Below, in pieces: positions 25,660 to 32,000 of a DNA stretch of 32,000 nucleotides. Positions within the stretch are counted from its first letter, which is position 1. Every line of letters starts with the position of its first letter. The translations under genes were made by a program, and so were the position numbers. Location of the stretch: positions 2,880,001-2,912,000 of the forward strand of contig NC_014033.1 in NCBI RefSeq assembly GCF_000025925.1. The letters run 5' to 3'. Below the pieces are notes generated by a model. It worked only from the letters and a program-made list of their open reading frames with translations. It did no database searches and had not been told where the DNA came from. Source of the stretch: Xylanibacter ruminicola 23 (lineage in GTDB: Bacteria > Bacteroidota > Bacteroidia > Bacteroidales > Bacteroidaceae).

Positions 25660-27108
25660 TCAATATTTCTTTTGCTCTATTGTATTATAACCCAATAAAT
25701 AGGCATATAGGGCCGACGGCATGAACGTCAAGTTACAATTCTCCATATTTTTAATTCCATACTTTGTACGAGAAGAGACTATTGCCGACACCAGATGATT
25801 CTTATCCATAAATGAAAGTAAGGATTTTAGTTCACTTGGCACATCGAAATAACGGTCAGACCATTTCATCTCAACAGCCCATATTGGCTTTTGGCGTAGT
25901 CGGTCAAGTCCCACCATATCCACCTCACCATTTTCTCGTCCCATCTTCCAATTTGCATAAAAAACTTCCTCATCATCCCGTTGAATACGCTGGGCAAAAA
26001 GAGCAGTCTCTACCATACTTCCCAAAGTCTTATCTGTCTCCGTCAATGGCGAGAAAAGGGCACATCGTAAAGACGGATTTGTAAGATATATCTTAAACTG
26101 GGTTATTCGCTGCATCCGCTTTGCATTAGCATCAACACGATGAATTACCTTAATAAGGAATGCACTTTCCAAATAACTGATATACTTGCGGATAATATCT
26201 TTACGGATGCCAGACTCCTGAGACATCTCTTCATAAGAAAATTCACAACCAGAGCGATAGGCGATATGGATAAACAAGCGATATAATTCTTGTGTATCAT
26301 TGATACCATAAAGGCTAGGAAGGTCTTTAAGCATCACCTTATCAACAATATCACGTCGCATATAACGTCCTGGGTCTTGCTGAATTTCTTTCGAGAAAAC
26401 AACCTCAGGATAACCACCATAATTAATATAGCGTATGAAATGCTCATTCAATTGTGATATATCTATGGTGTCAAAAGCATTAAACACTTGCTGGTTCCAC
26501 TCTATCTTTTTAGGAACTATCAGTCGATCAAGCTCCTGGAGATGGATATACTCGTTAAAAGTAAGTGGAGGTAATGCAAAGTCATGGAAACGCCCGGCGC
26601 CACTCTCGGTACTCTTCATCTTCAGTGCAGCAGCAGCCGAACCAGATACAATAAACCGAGTTGAACGATAGGTATCAACTAATGATTTTAAATGTAGTTC
26701 CCAATCCTTCAAATACTGAACCTCATCGTAGAACACATACAAACCTTGATCTGTTGGTTGTTTCGCAAGAGATTTCTTTGCGATATTCAACAGCATTTCA
26801 AGCGACATTCCATTATATATAGGTGTATCTATAGAAAGGTAGATAATGCTTTGTGGATTAACACCATCATTTATCAAGCGTTCTACTGTATGATAAATCA
26901 TAATGGTCTTACCTACTCGTCTTGGTCCCATCAGAACTATGCCACGTCTGACATCAACATCCTTAACAACTTTGTAGAAGGAATCGAGGTATAGACGGCT
27001 TTTCATTTGGTGAATATCATCGGGAATTTTCCCAGATGTCCACCAAGGATTATCCATTCTCATCCTTTCAATAACTTGCCTTTCTAACTCTTCAATTTCT
27101 ATTTTCAT
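25660..27108 (-). CDS. Stand-alone P-loop ATPase (AAA_14 + DUF4143-like) with a C-terminal PD-(D/E)XK-like motif
   Basis: Trimmed to MKIEIEELERQ (ATG 27108-27106). Walker A is GPRRVGKT and Walker B is LYVFYDEVQ. The C-terminus GEVDMVGLD...PIWAVEMKW has a D...ExK pattern. GC is low, about 32-40% on the sampled lines. Confidence 0.8.
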   Translation of the reverse strand: MKIEIEELERQVIERMRMDNPWWTSGKIPDDIHQMKSRLYLDSFYKVVKDVDVRRGIVLMGPRRVGKTIMIYHTVERLINDGVNPQSIIYLSIDTPIYNGMSLEMLLNIAKKSLAKQPTDQGLYVFYDEVQYLKDWELHLKSLVDTYRSTRFIVSGSAAAALKMKSTESGAGRFHDFALPPLTFNEYIHLQELDRLIVPKKIEWNQQVFNAFDTIDISQLNEHFIRYINYGGYPEVVFSKEIQQDPGRYMRRDIVDKVMLKDLPSLYGINDTQELYRLFIHIAYRSGCEFSYEEMSQESGIRKDIIRKYISYLESAFLIKVIHRVDANAKRMQRITQFKIYLTNPSLRCALFSPLTETDKTLGSMVETALFAQRIQRDDEEVFYANWKMGRENGEVDMVGLDRLRQKPIWAVEMKWSDRYFDVPSELKSLLSFMDKNHLVSAIVSSRTKYGIKNMENCNLTFMPSALYAYLLGYNTIEQKKY

Positions 27109-27131
27109 AATTATAACACCTTTTTCAATGG

Positions 27132-27139
27132 CAAATATA
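27132..27139 (-). promoter_or_regulatory. -7 box TAtaTTTG upstream of the ATPase
   Basis: The minus strand reads GTATATTTGCCATT, 23 nt before the ATG. Confidence 0.4.
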
Positions 27140-27204
27140 CATAGAATAAGTGACATTTACAAGTAAAAGCATAAAAAACATATCTTAATTTAACATTTTT
27201 GTTG

Positions 27205-27282
27205 AAATAAGACGTTTTTACCGTGCTTATTTTGACAATTTGGTAAAAATAAGCACTAAATATCAAAAATCAAGTCTTATTT
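27205..27282. repeat. Four copies of an AAATAAG(N)AC motif in alternating orientation, forming nested or competing hairpins
   Basis: aaataagac (27205-13), gtgcttattt (27223-32), aaataagcac (27247-56) and gtcttattt (27274-82). The inner 11-bp stem is 27223-33 with 27246-56. A competing 7-bp stem pairs ttttacc (27216-22) with ggtaaaa (27242-48). Confidence 0.7.
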
Positions 27283-27427
27283 TAGCGAGATACAGAAAAG
27301 TGCCCGTGCAACTCGGTATAATGGTCGCGCGGCAAAATTAGTATTACTACTGTCAGGCTACTTCGGCAAACAACCCATCATCAAGTAATAAAACACATAT
27401 AGACTGACTATCAGATAGATAGCCGCC

Positions 27428-27456
27428 TGTCAGACAAATGTCAGACAAATGTCAGG
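27428..27456 (+). promoter_or_regulatory. 11-bp direct repeat TGTCAGACAAA x2.6 (Pho-box-like periodicity) upstream of the outer-membrane protein gene
   Basis: It reads c-tgtcagacaaa-tgtcagacaaa-tgtcagg and ends 31 nt before the -7 box. I see no TTTG -33 element in between. Confidence 0.5.
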
Positions 27457-27487
27457 AAGAAAATTCTTCTAATAACTTATCTCTTCA

Positions 27488-27495
27488 TACCTTTG
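27488..27495 (+). promoter_or_regulatory. -7 box TAccTTTG upstream of the outer-membrane protein gene
   Basis: It reads TACCTTTGCAGG, 18 nt before ATG 27514. Confidence 0.45.
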
Positions 27496-27513
27496 CAGGA
27501 AAAAAGTAAATGT

Positions 27514-29532
27514 ATGAAGAGATTATTGTTTTTATGGATGCTAACTGCATCAATGATGGCTTTTGCACAGAAGGAAGTGGAATTACAGGAAGTTACCGTA
27601 CAGGGCTCTAAGGTAGTGCAACGGGTTGACGGTCAAACCATCCATCCCACACGTCAGCAGTTGGAGAGTAGTACCAACGGCTATTCACTATTGTCGAAAC
27701 TGACGTTACCCCATCTGCGTGTTGACCCCGTGATGCACAGCGTTACCGCACTCTCAAACCTTGGTAGTGTGCAGGTGCGCATCAACGACATCGCGGCATC
27801 GAAAGAGGATCTTCTTGCACTCGACATAAAAGCCGTACAACATATTGATTACATCGACAATCCTGGAGTCAGGTATGGTGAAGGTGTAGCCTATGTCATC
27901 AACATCATCGTGAAGAACCCCGTCAGCGGATACAACATCGGGGCAGACCTTACAAACACACTAACATCCGTGAATGGTGATGAGAGTGTCTATGGAAAAA
28001 TCAACTATGGAAAGAGCGAATTCGGAGTAAACTACTCGCTGGGTTATCAAAACTTTGAGGGAACGGAATATGAAGAAAAGACGACATACGAACTGGAACC
28101 GGGGACGGAGTACAATGTATTACGCCAACAGTTAGAGGGACAGAATAAGAGCCTCGACCACAAAATTCAACTGACGTATAGCCTTAGCGACTCGAACTAC
28201 GTGTTCCAGTCTAAGCTCTCTGCCCATCGAGACATTCAGCCCGAAAGGTCGTTAGCTAAGTTCGAGACTTACGAAGACCATTCCTCGTCCCGTACCTCAT
28301 CTCCCGTACTCGACCTCTATTTCCATCGAGATTTCAAACGTCACCAGTCACTTACTGCCAATGCTGTGGGAACGTATATCCATACCGATAGCTATTCAGA
28401 GCATAACGAAGGCGGCAACTATGCCTATAACGTGATAGGAAAGACGTATTCGCTCTGGACTGAGGCCATCTATGAAAACCGTCTGAAACCCTTTACAATC
28501 TCTTTGGGTACACAGTATGGACAGAAATATATAGATAATGTATATTTTGGCGATGCAAACGCTTCCAACTCAATGCGGTCATCAATGATGTATTTCTTCG
28601 GTCAGTTGAAAGGACGCTTGGGCAAATTCGGATATATGGGAGGCTTGGGCATGAGTACTCGTTACTATCGACAGGCAAATTGGAATGATCGCTTCCTGCT
28701 GTTCCGCCCTAAGATGACGCTTGCCTATCCGTTGGCTAAGCATCTGAAAGTAAAATACGACTTCGAGGTGTCGCAGCACGTATCGCAGATTGCACTCGTC
28801 AGTGATGTCTGTATCAAACAGAATGCGATGGAAACACTGGTGGGCAATCCTGAGATTATGCCGAATCGTGTAACCTCTCACGATCTTCGACTAACCTACT
28901 CCACGCCTAAAATTATGAGCGAACTACAGGGCTACTGGCGACTTAATGCCAACTGTAATATGGAGAAATATACCCGTCAGGATGAACATTTCTATCAGAC
29001 TCAGACAAACGCTGGTAATGAATGTAGTTTCTTCTTCATCCAGAGTTACAACCGATGGGAAGTCATTTCTGAGCATCTCTCCGCAACCGTATATGGCGGC
29101 ATCTACCGTTTCTTCAACTTCACAGACGACTATCGTCATACCTATACAGCTTTCAACGGAGGTGCCAACATAGAAGCCTACCTTGGCAAGTGGACACTGA
29201 CGGCTTACGCTGATAATGGATGGAACTTTATGGAGGGAGAGCATCGTGGCCATCAACCAGCCGCTTGGTATCTCACGGCTTCTTACCAGATGAAGAAGAA
29301 CATCACTCTTTCCCTATATGCCCAGCACCCATTCTGCTCAAATCCGCTCAGACATAAGACGGAAGTTCTTAGCCGATATATCCACAAAGAGGCATCACAG
29401 CACAGCCGCGATTTGGGCAATATGCTAACACTCAATTTCACATGGCGTTTCTCGTCAGGTCGTAAATATCGGGAGATTCAGCGCACTATGAACCATCGGG
29501 ATACAGAGACAGGAATCTTACAAAGCGAATAA
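27514..29532 (+). CDS. Outer-membrane beta-barrel protein, TonB-dependent-receptor-like (plug plus barrel)
   Basis: Trimmed to MKRLLFLWMLTASMMAFAQ (signal peptide; the track start is TTG). It has a plug-like N-terminus (VTVQGSKVV...VQVRINDI...IDYIDNPGVRYGEG) and a long barrel with alternating aromatic residues. Confidence 0.7.
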   Translation: MKRLLFLWMLTASMMAFAQKEVELQEVTVQGSKVVQRVDGQTIHPTRQQLESSTNGYSLLSKLTLPHLRVDPVMHSVTALSNLGSVQVRINDIAASKEDLLALDIKAVQHIDYIDNPGVRYGEGVAYVINIIVKNPVSGYNIGADLTNTLTSVNGDESVYGKINYGKSEFGVNYSLGYQNFEGTEYEEKTTYELEPGTEYNVLRQQLEGQNKSLDHKIQLTYSLSDSNYVFQSKLSAHRDIQPERSLAKFETYEDHSSSRTSSPVLDLYFHRDFKRHQSLTANAVGTYIHTDSYSEHNEGGNYAYNVIGKTYSLWTEAIYENRLKPFTISLGTQYGQKYIDNVYFGDANASNSMRSSMMYFFGQLKGRLGKFGYMGGLGMSTRYYRQANWNDRFLLFRPKMTLAYPLAKHLKVKYDFEVSQHVSQIALVSDVCIKQNAMETLVGNPEIMPNRVTSHDLRLTYSTPKIMSELQGYWRLNANCNMEKYTRQDEHFYQTQTNAGNECSFFFIQSYNRWEVISEHLSATVYGGIYRFFNFTDDYRHTYTAFNGGANIEAYLGKWTLTAYADNGWNFMEGEHRGHQPAAWYLTASYQMKKNITLSLYAQHPFCSNPLRHKTEVLSRYIHKEASQHSRDLGNMLTLNFTWRFSSGRKYREIQRTMNHRDTETGILQSE

Positions 29533-29603
29533 GAAAGGCTATCACCTAATGTTAAAAAATGCAGAAAGTTTCTACATACTATACCTTCGTGTGTCAAATT
29601 TAT

Positions 29604-29633
29604 GATTATCATTTTTTTGATTATCATTTTTTT
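29604..29633. repeat. Perfect 15-bp tandem repeat (GATTATCATTTTTTT)x2, each unit carrying the near-palindrome TGATnATCA
   Basis: Units lie at 29604-18 and 29619-33, followed by a partial unit gata. Confidence 0.8.
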
Positions 29634-29666
29634 GATAAAAAGCTTTGTTTGTATTTGATAATTGCT

Positions 29667-29674
29667 TATCTTTG
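29667..29674 (+). promoter_or_regulatory. -7 box TAtcTTTG upstream of the second ATPase, overlapped by the inverted repeat GATAA-N4-TTATC (29657-29670)
   Basis: It reads TATCTTTGCAGCC, 34 nt before ATG 29709. Confidence 0.45.
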
Positions 29675-29708
29675 CAGCCGAAAAGGTAATTATCAAGGAT
29701 AAAAGAGT

Positions 29709-30830
29709 ATGAAAAATCCGTTTGTAACCAAAGGATATGCAGGGCCCGAATACTTCTGCGACAGAGTACAAGAGACTGTGGATTTGGTAAAGTTGCTTAC
29801 CAATGACAACAACATGGCCTTGATATCTCCTCGGCGACTAGGCAAAACAGATTTGATCCATCATTGTTTTGCACAGCCTGAAATTAAGGAAAAGTACTAT
29901 ACGTTTATCATCGATATATATGCCACAAGCTCTTTAGCCGACTTTGTAAGTCTTCTAGGACAGGCTATACTCGATGAATTAAAACCACGCGGCAGGAAGA
30001 CTTGGGAGAAATTTGTTGGCACCCTTAAGTCCATACAGCAGCAGATTTCTTTCGATATGAATGGCAATCCTGTATGGGGAGTTGGCTTGGGTGCATATAC
30101 TAATCCTGCAATTACTCTCGACGAGATATTCGTCTATCTTAAAACGGCTGACAAGCCTTGTTTGGTTGCTATCGATGAATTTCAGAAGATAACAGAGTAT
30201 CCAGACGGTCAAAATGTAGAAGCTGCACTGAGAACACATATCCAAAGATGCCCAAATGCAACATTTTTGTTTGCAGGTTCCAAGCGACATCTTATGGGTG
30301 AGATTTTCCTGTCGCCGTCACGTCCGTTCTATCAGTCGGTCATTACAATGGGGCTTTCTCCTATTCCCATCGAAAAGTATAAAGAGTTTGCCTGCGCTCA
30401 ATTCGAGAAATGTGGAAAGTCAATCCAGCCTGATGTAGTAGACATCGTTTATCAGCGATTTGATGGAATAACATCTTATCTGCAGCGTCTGATGAACGTG
30501 CTATTTCTAAATACCGCACAAGGCGAAACGTGTAGTAAAGATATGATCGACGTTGCTATCAACTACATCTTGGATCTGTATACAGAGTATTACGACACGC
30601 TGTTGGCCCAGATGTCAGAGAAGCAGCGCAACGTGTTTTTAGCCATAGCCTGCGAGCGAAGAGTGAAGAGCGTATCGGGTGGTGCTTTTGTGCGGAAATA
30701 TCATTTGCAATCGCCAAGTTCTGTTATGTCTGCATTAAGAGGCCTTCTCGACAAAGATCTCATTACCCAGGAAAATGGTGAGTATTTTGTTTACGACCTG
30801 TTCTTCCAATTGTGGATAGAGAGAAAATAA
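29709..30830 (+). CDS. Stand-alone P-loop ATPase (archaeal-ATPase/ATPase_2-like with a DUF234-like wHTH C-terminus)
   Basis: 373-aa ORF with Walker A SPRRLGKT and Walker B CLVAIDEFQ. The C-terminus SALRGLLDKDLITQENGEYFVYDLFF looks like a winged helix. Confidence 0.75.
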   Translation: MKNPFVTKGYAGPEYFCDRVQETVDLVKLLTNDNNMALISPRRLGKTDLIHHCFAQPEIKEKYYTFIIDIYATSSLADFVSLLGQAILDELKPRGRKTWEKFVGTLKSIQQQISFDMNGNPVWGVGLGAYTNPAITLDEIFVYLKTADKPCLVAIDEFQKITEYPDGQNVEAALRTHIQRCPNATFLFAGSKRHLMGEIFLSPSRPFYQSVITMGLSPIPIEKYKEFACAQFEKCGKSIQPDVVDIVYQRFDGITSYLQRLMNVLFLNTAQGETCSKDMIDVAINYILDLYTEYYDTLLAQMSEKQRNVFLAIACERRVKSVSGGAFVRKYHLQSPSSVMSALRGLLDKDLITQENGEYFVYDLFFQLWIERK

Positions 30831-30862
30831 TCTTTGCGGCAGAAAACGTATGAGGACTGACA

Positions 30863-31123
30863 ATGGAACAGAAATTCAGCAATAACAGCATTGACCTTCA
30901 GGTGCTGCGTGCCATCATTGCCGAGCACATTCTCTTCCAGTTCCGTTCGCGTTACCTCGACCTACATTGCGCCACGGCCCGCGAGCGCTACGAATTGCTG
31001 CTACGTCGTTGCCCCGGCATCGTGCATCACCTTGCCTTGCAGGACCTCGCCTCTTTTCTCTGCGTCACGCCCAATTACCTGAGCACCATCCGCAAGGATA
31101 TCACGTTCGAAACGAAAAAATAG
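30863..31123 (+). pseudogene. Truncated Crp/Fnr-family regulator (C-terminal HTH part only)
   Basis: The 86-aa ORF ARERYELLLRRCPGIVHHLALQDLASFLCVTPNYLSTIRK matches the hinge and HTH part of Bacteroidota Crp/Fnr proteins. The roughly 110-aa cNMP-binding barrel is missing, and only 32 nt separate the ORF from the upstream gene. Confidence 0.6.
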
Positions 31124-31134
31124 CGCCACTTTCT

Positions 31135-31821
31135 TTAAGTAGATTCTATCACCTCCAACCTATACCCTCGCTTCTTGAGTGACACGATAGAGATGCTGGT
31201 GTCGGGTTCGAGCATTTTGCGGATATAGGTTATCTGGACGTTGAGGGCGAGGGAGTTGGCGTAACTATCGTTTCCCCAGACATGTTCCAGCAGATAGGAG
31301 CGCTCTACGGTCTGACCGATATGCTGGGCCAGAATGGCGAGGATATCCGACTGGCGGGCAGAGAGGTGCTGCACCGTTCCGGCATACTCAATCGTGGAGA
31401 GGTTGCTGTCGAAAATGGTCTGGCCGATGGTCATGCGCGATGGTAACGAAGCCTGGCGATGCTCGAAACGCTCACGAATCTTGGCAATCAGTTCTTCGGG
31501 ATAGAACGGTTTGGGGATATAGTCATTACCTTTCAAGTCGAAGCCTTTCAGGCGGTCGGCCTTTTCCGTCCGGTCGGTGAGGAAGAAGATTAGCACGTCG
31601 CGGTCTTGCTCACGGATCTTTCGCGCCAACTCGAAACCGTTTATCAGCGGCATATTGATATCGAGCAAGACCAAATCGGGCTTGGTTGTAGTAAATGCTT
31701 CCCAACCTTTATGCCCATTCTCGGCATAGTCCACTTCATAGCCCTCCACCTCCAGGAACTTCCTTAACAACTCCGAGTTCTGGCGGTCATCGTCAACGAG
31801 CAGTATTCTAATCTTTTCCAT
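31135..31821 (-). CDS. OmpR/PhoB-family response regulator (REC plus winged-helix)
   Basis: 228-aa ORF with ILLVDDD, LVLLDINMP, IPKPF and a C-terminal wHTH (LSARQSDILAIL...RGYRL). Confidence 0.9.
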   Translation of the reverse strand: MEKIRILLVDDDRQNSELLRKFLEVEGYEVDYAENGHKGWEAFTTTKPDLVLLDINMPLINGFELARKIREQDRDVLIFFLTDRTEKADRLKGFDLKGNDYIPKPFYPEELIAKIRERFEHRQASLPSRMTIGQTIFDSNLSTIEYAGTVQHLSARQSDILAILAQHIGQTVERSYLLEHVWGNDSYANSLALNVQITYIRKMLEPDTSISIVSLKKRGYRLEVIEST

Positions 31822-32000
31822 CCGTCTGCGGTATTAAAATGGTGAATGTCGTACCCTCGCCCTCAATGCTTTCAAATGTAATCGTTCCGCCATGGGCTTC
31901 GACCAGAAGTTTTACATAACTCAGTCCAAGCCCGATGCCGGGGATGGCCTGGTCCTTTGCCGACTCGCTGCGGTAGAACTTGTCAAACACATAACGCTGG
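31808..32000 (-). CDS. Sensor histidine kinase, C-terminal HATPase part; 5' end lies off the window
   Basis: It reads FDKFYRSE...GIGLGLSYVKLLVEAHGGTITFESIEGEGTTFTILIP (G2 box and lid). 14-nt overlap with the response regulator start. Confidence 0.85.
   Translation of the reverse strand, partial: QRYVFDKFYRSESAKDQAIPGIGLGLSYVKLLVEAHGGTITFESIEGEGTTFTILIPQTDGKD

Noticed and set aside
29601-29640. Possible Fur box (GATAAT/ATTATC-like hexamers), considered because a Fur-family gene lies in the window
   Set aside because: The match to the 19-bp GATAATGATAATCATTATC consensus is only partial. The downstream gene has no link to metal homeostasis, and binding motifs for Bacteroidota Fur-family proteins are not well defined. 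It is kept only as a generic operator candidate.
29478-29771. 97-aa minus-strand ORF containing KKMIIKKMII
   Set aside because: The peptide repeat is simply the translated 15-bp tandem DNA repeat in an AT-rich spacer. The ORF overlaps the ends of two real genes and has no signal or motif.
30891-31182. Overlapping alternative-frame ORFs (63 aa and 71 aa) across the crp remnant
   Set aside because: They are Ala/Pro/Arg/Ser-rich products of a GC-rich segment. The frame giving the Crp/Fnr HTH motif is the only one with recognisable similarity.

Overview
The window looks like a Bacteroidota chromosome, probably Bacteroidales and Prevotella-like; that is a guess from gene content and signals. GC is roughly 50% and genes are densely packed. 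Shine-Dalgarno sequences are not obvious. A TAnnTTTG -7 box, usually extended to TAnnTTTGCAcC, recurs upstream of genes. Positions 1-25,640 are mostly housekeeping. A long minus-strand array runs from tRNA-Leu(UAA) through a TPR lipoprotein, a TlpA-like lipoprotein, comM, a Fur-family regulator, a HAD hydrolase and a thioesterase to a GH16 gene. A second minus-strand array is prmC-recX-comF-pyrE-SRPBCC-argH-lipoprotein. The rest of this part holds ribD, argS, a substrate-binding protein plus sensor kinase pair, a Cof hydrolase, four transporters and bcp. Positions 25,641-31,134 look accessory and have lower GC. They hold two stand-alone P-loop ATPases (one with a C-terminal PD-(D/E)XK-like motif), an outer-membrane beta-barrel gene, a truncated Crp/Fnr gene and several repeat arrays. 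An OmpR-type response regulator and a partial histidine kinase follow at the window end. I found no CRISPR array, rRNA, integrase or transposase, and no clear multi-gene novel system. The strongest unexplained structures are four. (1) A 499-bp cassette with 35-bp terminal inverted repeats carries a DUF559 endonuclease and is fused in frame to an RNase H core just downstream of argS. (2) The low-GC ATPase genes carry scars: a bcp-like remnant and a truncated crp. (3) Pho-box-like 11-bp direct repeats precede the outer-membrane protein gene, near the response regulator. (4) The histidine kinase has two periplasmic sensor regions, an internal lipoprotein-type signal and a translationally coupled binding protein. 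All family calls rest on motif recognition by eye; no searches were run.
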